The notes beneath the pieces were generated by a model, which was given only the letters and a program-made list of their open reading frames with translations, was not told the origin of the DNA and made no database searches. From positions 198,720 to 262,719 of the forward strand of contig CAVTWF010000002.1 in assembly GCA_963738355.1 (NCBI GenBank): a stretch of DNA of 64,000 bases, written 5' to 3'. How positions within the stretch are numbered: position 1 is the first letter of the stretch; every line of letters begins with the position of its first letter. This DNA comes from an uncultured bacterium. GTDB lineage: Bacteria; Actinomycetota; Thermoleophilia; Solirubrobacterales; Solirubrobacteraceae. The position numbers and the translations under genes were made by a program. Shown piece by piece: positions 30,350-40,225 of this stretch.

Positions 30350-30760
30350 TCAGCTTGGCCGCAGCTCCTTGCGCCACACGAACTTCAGCCCCGACCAGTC
30401 CCGGTCGAGTGCCGCGACCTTGACGTCCACGAGGCCCGTCGGAAGGATGATCTCGCGCAGTAGGTTCTCGCTGATGTCGCTCTCGTGGCCTGCGGCCTTC
30501 CGCGGCCAGACGATCCACAGGCCGCCGTCGGCGCGAAGCGCGCTCAGGAGCGCGGGCAGTCGTTGCTCGAGTCGCGCGCGCGAGCCGAAGAAGGCAAGGA
30601 CCAGGTCGAACGTTCCGCGCGCGCGCCTGCGCGGCGTTACGCCGTCGGGCAGATCCTCGATCTGCCAACCTGCGGGCGCGCCGAGCACGGCGAGGGCGGT
30701 GTCCGCCCTGACCCCGAGCTTCCGCGCAAGCGGAGTCTCGCTGTAGCCGCCCGCCACCAC
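30350..30760 (-). CDS. DUF3052-like protein
   Basis: GYSETPLARKLG, GLWIVWPRKA, GLVDVKVAALD.DWSGLKFV.RKE. Confidence 0.8.
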   Translation of the reverse strand: MVAGGYSETPLARKLGVRADTALAVLGAPAGWQIEDLPDGVTPRRRARGTFDLVLAFFGSRARLEQRLPALLSALRADGGLWIVWPRKAAGHESDISENLLREIILPTGLVDVKVAALDRDWSGLKFVWRKELRPS

Positions 30761-30770
30761 GCGTTAGCGC

Positions 30771-31250
30771 TCAGTCGTCCCACTCGAGATCGTCGGCCTC
30801 CGACACTGCGCGCTCGATCTCCTCGAACGCGATGTCGGTGCGCCGGTCGTCGACCATCGCTTGCAGCGCCGTCGCGATCGTCGGTGCCCACACGCGACGC
30901 GCGACCGCGACGCGGCCCGGCTCCTCGTCGAACTGCTTCCATTCGAGCTCGACGAGGGGCACTCGCGCGGGCGGTGCGTCGGAGGGCACCGGTGCGCCCC
31001 ATCCATAGAGGGTGATCTGCGCTTGCCATCCATGGGGGCAGAGCTCGCCCATCACCGTGAGCGCGCCCCACTGGTCCGCGACGGGCTTGGCGCGGCGATG
31101 CTGGCGCCTGACGACGAGCGAGATCACCCCGCATGCGCCGAAGAGCGCCGCGATCACGAGTGCGAGGATGATCGTTTCGGACACCGGCGCTTGCTCGTGG
31201 CCACCCACCGCGTTTCCGGCCAAGGCGAGCAAGACACCGGCGGCGCTCAC
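30771..31250 (-). CDS. Hypothetical membrane protein
   Basis: Hydrophobic segment then MGELCPHGWQAQITLYG. Confidence 0.65.
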   Translation of the reverse strand: MSAAGVLLALAGNAVGGHEQAPVSETIILALVIAALFGACGVISLVVRRQHRRAKPVADQWGALTVMGELCPHGWQAQITLYGWGAPVPSDAPPARVPLVELEWKQFDEEPGRVAVARRVWAPTIATALQAMVDDRRTDIAFEEIERAVSEADDLEWDD

Positions 31251-31469
31251 GGCGTCCTCACCGGCGCTTCCGATCGCGTGCGACGCAGCAGGTTCCTCCC
31301 ACCGCTCTCATCGATCCTCAGAGTAGCCACTGACCCCTTGTTTACCCGCCGCCGATAACGCTAGTCGCGCGGCGCGCCGCGGGCAAGAGCCGCGCTAGAC
31401 TCGGATCGAGAACGGCTCAGAGCTGCTGCGGCAAAACGAGTTGCGGCAGAGGGGAGGTAGCAGAGACAA

Positions 31470-32426
31470 GTGGCGCGCGCGATTCGACTCGCCGCACCGC
31501 CGTTGGCGGTGCTTCTGGTGGGCGGCGTGGTGGTCGGCGTGCTCCTCTCGAGCGGCAAGTCTTCCTCACGACACGCCCACGCGGGATCATCCCCGGGCGG
31601 AGCGACGGGCCAGCAGGCCACGGCCACGGACGCCGGCGGCGACGGGGCCACAGACGTCGCTCACGCGAGCGGCCCGGCGCACGGGAGTGGCGCCACCGCT
31701 GCGGGCAGCGGGTCCACCGGCGGCGGATCGTCAACGGGCGGCACGAGCAGCTCGGGCGCGGGCGGCAAGGGCGGCGGCACGACGACCAAGGGTCACGACG
31801 GCATCGGCAGCCCGGCGGCGAACGCGGGCGCCGCGCCAACCGGCACCCCTGGCAACTCGAAGTCGACCGCAGCGAGCGGCGGCGGGACGCCCCAGCTCGC
31901 CTCCGACGGGACGCTCGCGAGCACGAGCAGCGAGACGGGAACGTGGGGCACCGTGAGCGTGCTCGGGCCGGAACTGGAGCCGACCCTCACGACGGCGACG
32001 ATCACCTTCGCAGCACCCCTCGCGCTGGGGATCCCGGAACGGCGCGTCATCTACATCAAGGAAGCGGAAGCCAAGAAGGCGGGGACGCAGCGCAGCCTGC
32101 CGATCCGCGAAGCCTGCGGAAGCTCCGGCACCCTGCAGGCGCCGACGGCGCTGCCCGGGCACCTGTGCGTCTACGCGGGCGTCGAAGACCTGAGAGATCG
32201 CGACTCCTCGGGCGGCATACCAACGCAGGACGAGAACGGCAAGCAGGTGCCGTTCGTCGACGCCGAATACCTCGCGATACTGAACAGCCACCGCGCGCCC
32301 GGGGCGAGCCGCACCGGTGCGACGGTCGCATTCGGCGTGCCCCTGGGACGCACCTCCGCGGAAGAAGCGGCTCACGCCTACCCGCACATCATCGCGAACG
32401 GCTCATGGGCTGTGAGCGCTCCTTAG
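31470..32426 (+). CDS. Exported protein with Gly/Ser/Thr linker and C-terminal Cys-containing domain
   Basis: N-term hydrophobic helix, low-complexity linker, ETGTWG...PGHLCVY...GSWAVSAP. Confidence 0.7.
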   Translation: MARAIRLAAPPLAVLLVGGVVVGVLLSSGKSSSRHAHAGSSPGGATGQQATATDAGGDGATDVAHASGPAHGSGATAAGSGSTGGGSSTGGTSSSGAGGKGGGTTTKGHDGIGSPAANAGAAPTGTPGNSKSTAASGGGTPQLASDGTLASTSSETGTWGTVSVLGPELEPTLTTATITFAAPLALGIPERRVIYIKEAEAKKAGTQRSLPIREACGSSGTLQAPTALPGHLCVYAGVEDLRDRDSSGGIPTQDENGKQVPFVDAEYLAILNSHRAPGASRTGATVAFGVPLGRTSAEEAAHAYPHIIANGSWAVSAP

Positions 32427-33340
32427 CGGCGCGGGCGCTCCGAACCGCGGTCCCGACCCTGCTCGCGTGCGCTGCTTTTTCGCCGTGCGTGGCGCAAGCG
32501 CAGCCGCTCGGTGCGATCGCCGGGACGATGTTCTTGGCGGGCAGCGACGCGCCGATCAGCGGCGGCCAAGTGTGCTTGGAAGGGCTGACCGCGTGCGCGC
32601 TGACGGACGCTCAGGGTGAATACGTGATCGCCGGCGTGCCGACGGGCGAATACAAGGTCGCCTTCACCTACCGCGGCAATCCATGCGCGACAAAGGAATA
32701 CGAACTCGAATACGTGCCCCAGTGGTACGACGACAAGACCTACGCGCTCGTGGCTAACCCCGTCAGCGTCAACGCGTCGGCAACGACGCCGGGGATCAAC
32801 GCGATTATCACCACGAGGCTCAACCCGTTAGAGCGACCGGTCAACGAATACGGGTGCAACGAGGGCGAGGCTCAGCCGGGCCCGGAGGAAAGCGGGACGC
32901 TGCCCGGAGCGATCGAGCCGCAGCCGGTCAACAAGCAGTTCGAGGAAGAATTCTGGGCGCATCCGCCGTGGCAGAAACAGCCGCCCGGAGCATCGCCGCC
33001 CGCCGGCGTCGTGATCGCGGCCCGCACGGCGAGGACGCGACACGGAGATGCGCTCGTGCGGATCGACTGCGCGGGCTCCGCGCCATGCAGTGGCGAGCTG
33101 AAGCTCGTCGCCAAGCTCGCCGCGCCGCGAAAGCACGGCCGCAGGCGCGCGCCGGCGACCCATAGGCGCGCCGTGCTCGTGGGCAGGGCGTCGTTCTCGC
33201 TCCCGGCAGGAGAGTCCAATGACGTGCTCGTGCCGCTGACGCGGGAGGGTCGCAACCTGCTTGCGAGCGCAGGGCCCCGGGGACTCGACGTGCAGCTCTC
33301 CGGCCGCGACGTCGAAACGGCGACGATCGCGCTCACGTAG
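32405..33340 (+). CDS. Secreted carboxypeptidase-regulatory-like (Cna-B type) domain protein
   Basis: Signal ending AQA; TDAQGEYVIAGVPTGEYKVAF, YVPQWYDD, TTPGINA; basic C-term beta domain. Confidence 0.75.
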   Translation: MGCERSLAARALRTAVPTLLACAAFSPCVAQAQPLGAIAGTMFLAGSDAPISGGQVCLEGLTACALTDAQGEYVIAGVPTGEYKVAFTYRGNPCATKEYELEYVPQWYDDKTYALVANPVSVNASATTPGINAIITTRLNPLERPVNEYGCNEGEAQPGPEESGTLPGAIEPQPVNKQFEEEFWAHPPWQKQPPGASPPAGVVIAARTARTRHGDALVRIDCAGSAPCSGELKLVAKLAAPRKHGRRRAPATHRRAVLVGRASFSLPAGESNDVLVPLTREGRNLLASAGPRGLDVQLSGRDVETATIALT

Positions 33341-33926
33341 CCCCGCTCGCGAAAGCGCCGGTGCCTGCCTGCTGCGCACGCGAGTAGCGCAGGTAGACGA
33401 CGCTCGCGCCAAACGTCCGCGCCTCGAGAAGCTCCAACTCGATCCTCCGGTGAAGCGAAGGGAAGTAGGGCGTGCCGCCGCCGAGCACGACGGGGCTAAC
33501 GAAGAGGCGGTACTCGTCGACGAGGTCGCGTCCTATGAGTGTCGACGCGAGACCGGCGCCGCCCACGGCGATGTCCCCGTCCGGCTCCTCCTTGAGCCGC
33601 TTGACGACGTCGGCGACGTCGCCGGTCGCGAGCGAGGCGTTGCCCCGAGTGCCCTGCAGCGTCGTCGAGAAGACGATCTTCGGTACGGACTTCCAGATCT
33701 GCGCGAACTCGATCGCCTCGGCTCCGGAAAAGGTCTCCGCGGGCGCGTCCCAGAAGAGCATCGTTTCGTAGAGCCTGCGGCCGCACAACTCGACGCCGAC
33801 CTGACGCATCTGCTCGTTGTGGAAGCGATGCAACTCGCGATCCGGCGCAGCCCAGCTGATATCCCCATCGCGCGCGGCGATAAAGCCGTCGAGCGACACT
33901 CCGATCGAATAGATCACCTTGCGCAT
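33333..33926 (-). CDS. Dihydrofolate reductase / RibD C-terminal family protein
   Basis: VSLDGFIA, GRRLYE, VGGAGLA, DEYRLFVSPVVLGGG. Confidence 0.9.
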   Translation of the reverse strand: MRKVIYSIGVSLDGFIAARDGDISWAAPDRELHRFHNEQMRQVGVELCGRRLYETMLFWDAPAETFSGAEAIEFAQIWKSVPKIVFSTTLQGTRGNASLATGDVADVVKRLKEEPDGDIAVGGAGLASTLIGRDLVDEYRLFVSPVVLGGGTPYFPSLHRRIELELLEARTFGASVVYLRYSRAQQAGTGAFASGAT

Positions 33927-33951
33927 TCGAGCCTCCTCCTACCCGCTCCTA

Positions 33952-34584
33952 CTACCCGCCACTCGCGAGCAGATACCGCTCGAGCATCCCCACCGTCTCA
34001 CTCGCGTAGCGCTCGGCGGCTATCGCCTTTCGCGGGTGAATCACGAGGCCGTGCGTGATCGCCTCGACCGCTTGCACCACGAGTTGCGCCGCGAGCTGTA
34101 CGTCAGCGACGCGAACCTCTGGCCGCAGCGCCAGATAACCCGCGAGCGCGACACACGCTTCGTCGAAGACGTGATCGAGGGTGCGCCTGATCCGCGGCGG
34201 ACGCGGGGCCTCCTCGAACAGCACCCGGTGAAGACGTGGCTGGCCGCGGTGAAGCTCGAGCAGCGCGCCTACGATGCGCTCGAGCGCAGTCCGGACAGGT
34301 GGCGGGTCCCCGGCGAGCTCTCTCATCACAGGCCCTAGCAGGCGCATGCCCTCTTCCAGGTGCCGCTCGGTGAGCGCGACGAGGATCGCGTCCTTGTTCG
34401 GGAAGTACTGATAGAGGGTCCCGATCGAGACGCCCGCGCGCTCGGCGATGCGGTTCGTCGTCCCGTTCGCGTATCCGTGGCGCTCGAAAACCTGAGCAGA
34501 GGCTTCGAGGATCGCCTGCACGGTCTCCACCGAGCGACGCTGAAGCGGCGCGCGGCGAGGCTCTAGGCGCGACGCGGAGCTCAT
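33952..34584 (-). CDS. TetR/AcrR family regulator
   Basis: TTNRIAERAGVSIGTLYQYFPNKDAI. Confidence 0.95.
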   Translation of the reverse strand: MSSASRLEPRRAPLQRRSVETVQAILEASAQVFERHGYANGTTNRIAERAGVSIGTLYQYFPNKDAILVALTERHLEEGMRLLGPVMRELAGDPPPVRTALERIVGALLELHRGQPRLHRVLFEEAPRPPRIRRTLDHVFDEACVALAGYLALRPEVRVADVQLAAQLVVQAVEAITHGLVIHPRKAIAAERYASETVGMLERYLLASGG

Positions 34585-34658
34585 CGACGGAGTGTTCGCC
34601 AATGCGAGTAGACAAACACGAGCAATTACTCAGAATAGACGACGATGGGAGCCCACCG

Positions 34659-35096
34659 ATGAGAGTTCGCGTCAGCACTCAGCTGCCGATCTCGGCCGCC
34701 GACGCGTGTCGCCTGGCGCGTAAGCCGGCGCTGCTCTCACACGTGCTCTGGCCGTGGCTGCATTTGACGCCTACGACGCCGCTCACGGACGCGTTGGCCG
34801 AGGGCGATCAGCTGCGCGCGCGTCTCCGGTTCCTAGGACTTTTGCCCGGGTGGACGCACACCCTCCGCATCGATCGGCTCGACGACGGCGAAATCGCGTC
34901 CAGCGAGCACGGCGGCCCCGTGAAGGCTTGGAACCACACGCTCACATTCGAGCCGATCACCGAGAACGCATGCCGCTACACCGACACGGTGGAGATCCGC
35001 GCGGGCGTGCTCACTCCGCTCGTCGCGTTGTTCGCGGCTCTCATCTACCGCTATCGCCAAATGCGCTGGCGCTCACTGGCGCGAGTGATGGCGTAG
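34659..35096 (+). CDS. SRPBCC-like hypothetical protein
   Basis: SSEHGGPVKAWNHTLTFEP...RYTDTVEI; divergent from TetR. Confidence 0.65.
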   Translation: MRVRVSTQLPISAADACRLARKPALLSHVLWPWLHLTPTTPLTDALAEGDQLRARLRFLGLLPGWTHTLRIDRLDDGEIASSEHGGPVKAWNHTLTFEPITENACRYTDTVEIRAGVLTPLVALFAALIYRYRQMRWRSLARVMA

Positions 35097-35174
35097 CATC
35101 CGGAACCTCTCTGATTTGTTCGGTCCGCCGCGTCTTACGCGGGGACCGGGCTGCGGGTGAGGCGTCGCGCGCGC

Positions 35175-36260
35175 TCAGGGTTCGAAGACGACGTTCGCGG
35201 CGGGGCGAGCTTCTCCGTTGACTCCATATAGGGCGGTGTCGGTTGTGTCGCCGCGGATGCACGCGGCTTCCTCCGTTTCCGCGGCTTCCGTGCCGGGAAC
35301 CTTGAGCTCGTAGTAGAAGACGTGTGCGGGCTGATACGTCGGCATCACGTGAGCAGTGAGGTCTTCGGCGTGTTCCCGTTGCCATGCGGGACCCTCGTAG
35401 GCGCCATGTCCCGCGGCCGCCTCGCAAAGGAACACGCCGATCTCTGTGAACCAGGGATGGCAATCGCCACACTGTTCCTCGAATTCCGACATCCCAGATG
35501 GCGCCACGCCGTAGTTGTCGACGGCGCGGTACGGGTGAACACCCCAAGCGCCAGGGGTGAAGTCGAGGTTCGATTTATAGGCGCGCAGGTATTCGCCCGC
35601 CTCGCGGTATACATCTTCGATGTCGCCTGCGACGACGCTGCAGTTGTGAGTCGAACACAGACGCTGCGCCTCATCCGCGAACTCGGCGGGGTGTAGAGCC
35701 TTTGCAGTTTCCCGATAGCCGCCCTGATTGTTTGGCTCATTCCAGGGCTCGACGACGGCGACCGGATGATGCAGAACTTCACCGAGGTTGAGCAACACTT
35801 CGAGCGCCTGGAAGTAAGATTGCGGCGTTGAGGGGTAGTTCGGCGAGCCTTCCACATAGCTTTCGGGCGCGTGATAGTTGGTGAGCGCGAGATCCACGGT
35901 GACGCCCGCGGGCACATGTTCGAGCCACGTCCGGAAGGGCCCAGTTTCATTCCACTGTGCCACATAGCGCGCGTAGGTGACGCGAGCCGGCAGGATCTCC
36001 CACCCTTCAGCGAGCGACACTGGTGCTATTGCGGTGAGACCGCTGGAGAAGAATGCCCCCCAGTAAGCCAAATTCTGGTCTGAGACTCCATCGACGTAGG
36101 CCGTGCCGGCGAGCACCGGAGAGCTCTCTGCACAGGTGCACGCAATCACGAGCGCCAGCGCGACCGCGGCCCGTCCGACGAGAGCTGACGTGAGCCGAGT
36201 CCTCAAACGCTGCGATTTTAGTCGTGCGTTCGCCGTCGGGTAGCCGCCCGCGTCTGGCAC
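35175..36260 (-). CDS. Secreted putative glycoside hydrolase (clan GH-A-like TIM barrel)
   Basis: Signal peptide, EPWNEPN, GVHPY, PWFTEIG. Confidence 0.65.
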   Translation of the reverse strand: MPDAGGYPTANARLKSQRLRTRLTSALVGRAAVALALVIACTCAESSPVLAGTAYVDGVSDQNLAYWGAFFSSGLTAIAPVSLAEGWEILPARVTYARYVAQWNETGPFRTWLEHVPAGVTVDLALTNYHAPESYVEGSPNYPSTPQSYFQALEVLLNLGEVLHHPVAVVEPWNEPNNQGGYRETAKALHPAEFADEAQRLCSTHNCSVVAGDIEDVYREAGEYLRAYKSNLDFTPGAWGVHPYRAVDNYGVAPSGMSEFEEQCGDCHPWFTEIGVFLCEAAAGHGAYEGPAWQREHAEDLTAHVMPTYQPAHVFYYELKVPGTEAAETEEAACIRGDTTDTALYGVNGEARPAANVVFEP

Positions 36261-36342
36261 GGCCGCGCGCTCTTACTGAGCACCTCCTGCGCTTTTGCGC
36301 ATGACCGGACTGCACTCGCCCGAGCCTCGGTAGGATTCGATC

Positions 36343-37065
36343 GTGTCGCCGACCATCACACTGCACGCGTTGCCGCCGTCACATCCGTGCATGACGGTCG
36401 ACGCGGCGCTCCGCGCGAAGGGCCTCGACTTCGAGCGGGTCGACCTTCAGGTCGGGGAGCACGTCGAACGGATGCAGGAGATCTACGGCAAGGGACGATC
36501 CACTGTTCCGGGAGCCCTGATAGACGGGGAGCCCGTCCACGGATCGCGGGCGATCCTGGCTCGCCTCGAGTTGATCGAACCGCAACCTGTCCTCTATCCG
36601 TCGGACGAGGTCCGAGAGGCCGAGCGATGGGGAGACGAGGAGTTGCAGGATCTGGGTCGGCGACTGCCTTGGGGAGCGCTCCACTTCAGGCCCGAGGCAC
36701 TCGGGACCTTCGCAGGTGCGGAGCCGCTCGACGGTCCGGGAACGGATTTCGCGATCAAGTACGTCCATGGGTCATGGAGGTACCACCGCATCACCGCGGC
36801 GCGCCTTCACGAGGATCTTGCCGGCCTGCCGGCCAAGATCGAGCACATCGAGGAGCTCGCGAGCGGTGGCGCGCTGGGCGGGGATGAGCCAACCGCGGCG
36901 GATTTCCAAATCGGCGCGACGATCCGCGTGCTCCTCACCGTTGGCGATCTGATTCCACTGCTCAGTGGCAGCGCCGCCGAGCGTGTAGCTGTACGCCACT
37001 TTCCGCGTTATCCCGGCGAGGTGCCGAGGGGCGCGTATCCCGCCGGTTGGGTGCCGGCCGCGTAG
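36343..37065 (+). CDS. Glutathione S-transferase-like protein
   Basis: SHPC, TVPG, GSRAI, PTAADFQIG. Confidence 0.85.
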   Translation: MSPTITLHALPPSHPCMTVDAALRAKGLDFERVDLQVGEHVERMQEIYGKGRSTVPGALIDGEPVHGSRAILARLELIEPQPVLYPSDEVREAERWGDEELQDLGRRLPWGALHFRPEALGTFAGAEPLDGPGTDFAIKYVHGSWRYHRITAARLHEDLAGLPAKIEHIEELASGGALGGDEPTAADFQIGATIRVLLTVGDLIPLLSGSAAERVAVRHFPRYPGEVPRGAYPAGWVPAA

Positions 37066-37591
37066 CCGAGATCGGTTGCCGGCACGGGCGAGGGTCCGCG
37101 CGAATGGTGGACGAGTGACCCGGTTACCGCCAGCCGTCGCGCAGACTTCGGGCACTGACCCCGCGCGAGGCGGTGCCTCTCACGCTCGACATGGGAAGCT
37201 CCTTTGATCGGTGTTCCCGTAGCGTACGAGCGCGAAACGCATCCGCTCAACATACGCGAACGCAGCTCGTCCACCGCGCGTTCGCCGCGGGTTTCACCGA
37301 GCTGCACGATCGTTAGATCGGTGCGAGCCGGCTCGGTGGGTCGGCCGGACCGCCGCCATCGCCGATGGGCAGCGCGTCTCCCCAACGCGCCTCCCGAAAG
37401 TCGCGCAAATTGCGACTAGCGCCCCGCCGCGGATCTTCCCAAAATGGGCAGAGATAGGAAGATTGCGACAGAAGGTCGCGTCAGGCGACCGTCGCTCCTG
37501 AAGGGAATCGACGATGGGCGCGGGCGCGACGCTACACGAGGCGACCTGGCACCGCGCCGTCGCCATCGAGATCTCGTGAAAGGAGATCCTC

Positions 37592-38809
37592 ATGAGCTCG
37601 CATCCCGCGGCTGTCGCCGACCAGGCGAAGGTCGAGAACGGCGCGATCCGCCCGTTCACCGTTGAGGTCCCGGAGGAGGAGCTCGCCGAGCTCCGCCGCC
37701 GCATCGCCGCGACGCGTTTGCCCTCCAGGGAGCTCGTCGCCGATCGGTCGCAGGGCGTGCAACTGGCGACGATCCAGGAGCTCGCCCGCTGCTGGGCGAC
37801 CGATTACGACTGGCGGGCGTGCGAGGCGAGGCTGAACGCGCTGCCGCAGTTCAAGACCGAGATCGACGGGGTGGACGTGCACTTCATCCACGTGGAGTCG
37901 CCGCACGAGGACGCGTTGCCGCTGATCATGACGCACGGGTGGCCCGGCTCGGTGATCGAGCTGCTCGAGACCGTGGGCCCACTGACTGACCCGACCGCGC
38001 ACGGCGGACGCACCGAGGACGCGTTCCACCTGGTGCTGCCCTCCGTCCCCGGGTACGCCTTCTCGGCCGAGCCGACGGAGCTCGGCTGGTACGCGGGCCG
38101 CGTCGCGGAGGCATGGGGCAAGCTGATGCCCCGCCTCGGCTACACCCGCTACGTCGCGCAGGGCGGCGACGTGGGCGCCGCCGTCACCGACGCGATGGGC
38201 CGTCAGGCGCCCGAGGGGCTGATCGGCATCCATACGAACCTGTTCGTCCCCGGGTTGGCGGGCGGCGACTTCCCGAAGGAAACCGAGGAGGAGCGCGCGG
38301 CGGCCGCGGCGGGGGCCGCATTCCGGGCGACCGGCTTCGGCTACTTCCTCGAGCAGACCACGCGGCCGCAGACGATCGGCTACGCACTGCTGGATTCACC
38401 GGTCGCGCTGGCGGCCTGGATGCTCGACCACGACACGGACAGCTACTACAAGATCTCCCGCGCCTTCGTCGACCGGCAGCCTGTGGGCGGTCTGACCCGA
38501 GACCACATCCTCGACAACATCACCACCTACTGGCTGACCGGCACCGGAGCCTCGGCGGCCCGCTCGTACTGGGAGAGCGGACAAGCCGCAGCTCGCGCGG
38601 CCGGTCAGGCCCCTCCGCCGGTCTCCGTCCCAGTCGGATTCACCACGTTCCCCGGCGAGATCGTCGCGACCCCGCGAAGCTGGGTCGAGCAGGCCTACCC
38701 CACCCTCACCTACTTCAACAAGGTCGACAAGGGCGGCCACTTCGCCGCGTGGGAGGAGCCCGAACTGTTCGCAACCGAGATCCAGGCAGCGTTCAGCACG
38801 CTGCGTTGA
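37592..38809 (+). CDS. Epoxide hydrolase
   Basis: EHN N-term, THGWPGS, QGGDVGA, GGHFAAWEEP. Confidence 0.95.
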   Translation: MSSHPAAVADQAKVENGAIRPFTVEVPEEELAELRRRIAATRLPSRELVADRSQGVQLATIQELARCWATDYDWRACEARLNALPQFKTEIDGVDVHFIHVESPHEDALPLIMTHGWPGSVIELLETVGPLTDPTAHGGRTEDAFHLVLPSVPGYAFSAEPTELGWYAGRVAEAWGKLMPRLGYTRYVAQGGDVGAAVTDAMGRQAPEGLIGIHTNLFVPGLAGGDFPKETEEERAAAAAGAAFRATGFGYFLEQTTRPQTIGYALLDSPVALAAWMLDHDTDSYYKISRAFVDRQPVGGLTRDHILDNITTYWLTGTGASAARSYWESGQAAARAAGQAPPPVSVPVGFTTFPGEIVATPRSWVEQAYPTLTYFNKVDKGGHFAAWEEPELFATEIQAAFSTLR

Positions 38810-38860
38810 TCGGTCACATCGGCGGCGCCCATTGGGCCCGCACGGTCGAGCGTCGCGCCC

Positions 38861-39367
38861 TTAGACGCGCTCGACGGCCGTGACGAGCGCCGGCGAGCTG
38901 GCGAGCGTCTGGTAGACGACGCAATACCGCTCGGTCAATCGCGCGAGCGTCTCAAGCTGCTCGGCATCAGCGTCGGTCTCGAGTTCGAACGAGAGGCGGA
39001 TCGCCGTGAACCCAACCGGCGCCTCGCGCTCGACCCCGAGCGTTCCGCGGAAATCGAGGTCACCCTCAGCGCGTACGCGACCCGAGGTAACAGGGATGCC
39101 GAGAGACGTTGCGACCGCTCTAAGCGTCACACCCGCACACGCGACGAGCGCCTCCAGGAGCATGTCGCCCGAGCAGAGCAAGGAGCCGTCGCCGCCCGAG
39201 GCGGGATGCAGCCCGGCCTCGGCGAGCGCTCTGCCCGTGCGCACCGAGCACGAAACGCCCTCGCCAAGGGAGCCGGTCGCCGACAGCGTGACTCGCGCCG
39301 CGTCGGGCTCCGCACGGTAGCGCTCCTTCAGCGGCGCCTGCACGGAACGTAGCTCCTCACGTTGCAT
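38861..39367 (-). CDS. OsmC family protein
   Basis: CSGDMLLEALVACAGVT, GDLDFRGTLGV, TERYCVVYQTL. Confidence 0.92.
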   Translation of the reverse strand: MQREELRSVQAPLKERYRAEPDAARVTLSATGSLGEGVSCSVRTGRALAEAGLHPASGGDGSLLCSGDMLLEALVACAGVTLRAVATSLGIPVTSGRVRAEGDLDFRGTLGVEREAPVGFTAIRLSFELETDADAEQLETLARLTERYCVVYQTLASSPALVTAVERV

Positions 39368-39479
39368 GCGCGCAGTCTAGATGGCGAGTGGCCTCCGCTC
39401 ACCGGCCTGAGAGGGAGGCTCAAACGGGCGAGGTGGGATACTCGGAGCCAAGCGGAGCAATAGATCAAAGGAGAGACAG

Positions 39480-39788
39480 ATGAAGTACTTCATCAGCGCG
39501 TCACCGGGTCCCATGCCTCCCACGCCTCAACAGTTCGACGCAGCGATGGCTTGGCTCGAGGAAAAGGCCGATGACGGCACATTTGATTGCATCTTCGGGT
39601 TCCTCGAGGGCGGCGGTTTCAGCGTCACGAACGCCGGTTCCCATCGCGAGGTCCTCGACCTCATGACGGACTACCCGCTGTTTGGCCTCGTCACCTGGGA
39701 TATTCGCCCACTGCTCGATTTCAAGGAGGGAGCCGACCTGGTCCGGGCGAAGCTCGCGCAGGCGCAGGCGGCGATGGCCAGCGCGTAG
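39480..39788 (+). CDS. Small hypothetical protein (dimeric alpha+beta barrel-like)
   Basis: AAAGGAG SD, 102 aa, GGF...DYPLFG..TWDIRPL. Confidence 0.65.
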   Translation: MKYFISASPGPMPPTPQQFDAAMAWLEEKADDGTFDCIFGFLEGGGFSVTNAGSHREVLDLMTDYPLFGLVTWDIRPLLDFKEGADLVRAKLAQAQAAMASA

Positions 39789-39912
39789 CGAGCAGCCGCG
39801 CTCGTTTGCCAGGTTGCGGCGGCGGCGTCTTCGGTCCGCCTGGGAGATCGGCTCCTCGGCGGCCGAGCGCCGTCACGCGCGGCGTTGGCCTCGCGCTGTC
39901 TTGGCGCCGCAA

Positions 39913-40096
39913 CATGCCGGCAACCCCAAGATCGATCACTACCACGCTCATCACGGGAGCGAACAGGGGCCTCGGCTACGAGACAGGCCGTCGTCTGCTT
40001 GCTGAGGGCCACAACGTGTGGATCACCGCTGGCGATCCAGAGCTTGGCAACGCGGCCGCCAAGAGCCTCGTGGGTCCCCGTCGTAGAGAGGCGTAA
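39913..40096 (+). pseudogene. Truncated short-chain dehydrogenase N-terminus
   Basis: TTLITGANRGLGYETGRRLLAEGHNVWI then stop after about 60 codons. Confidence 0.75.
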
Positions 40097-40225
40097 ACGC
40101 CACCTTTCTGTTCGACCATCCGTCCAGGACTGACGCACGCCGACGCGAACCGAGCTTGACGCCTGCCGACCTTACGGTTGCGTCCAACGCGGTTGCCTCT
40201 ACTGCCCATCCTGGAAGGAAAGAAC

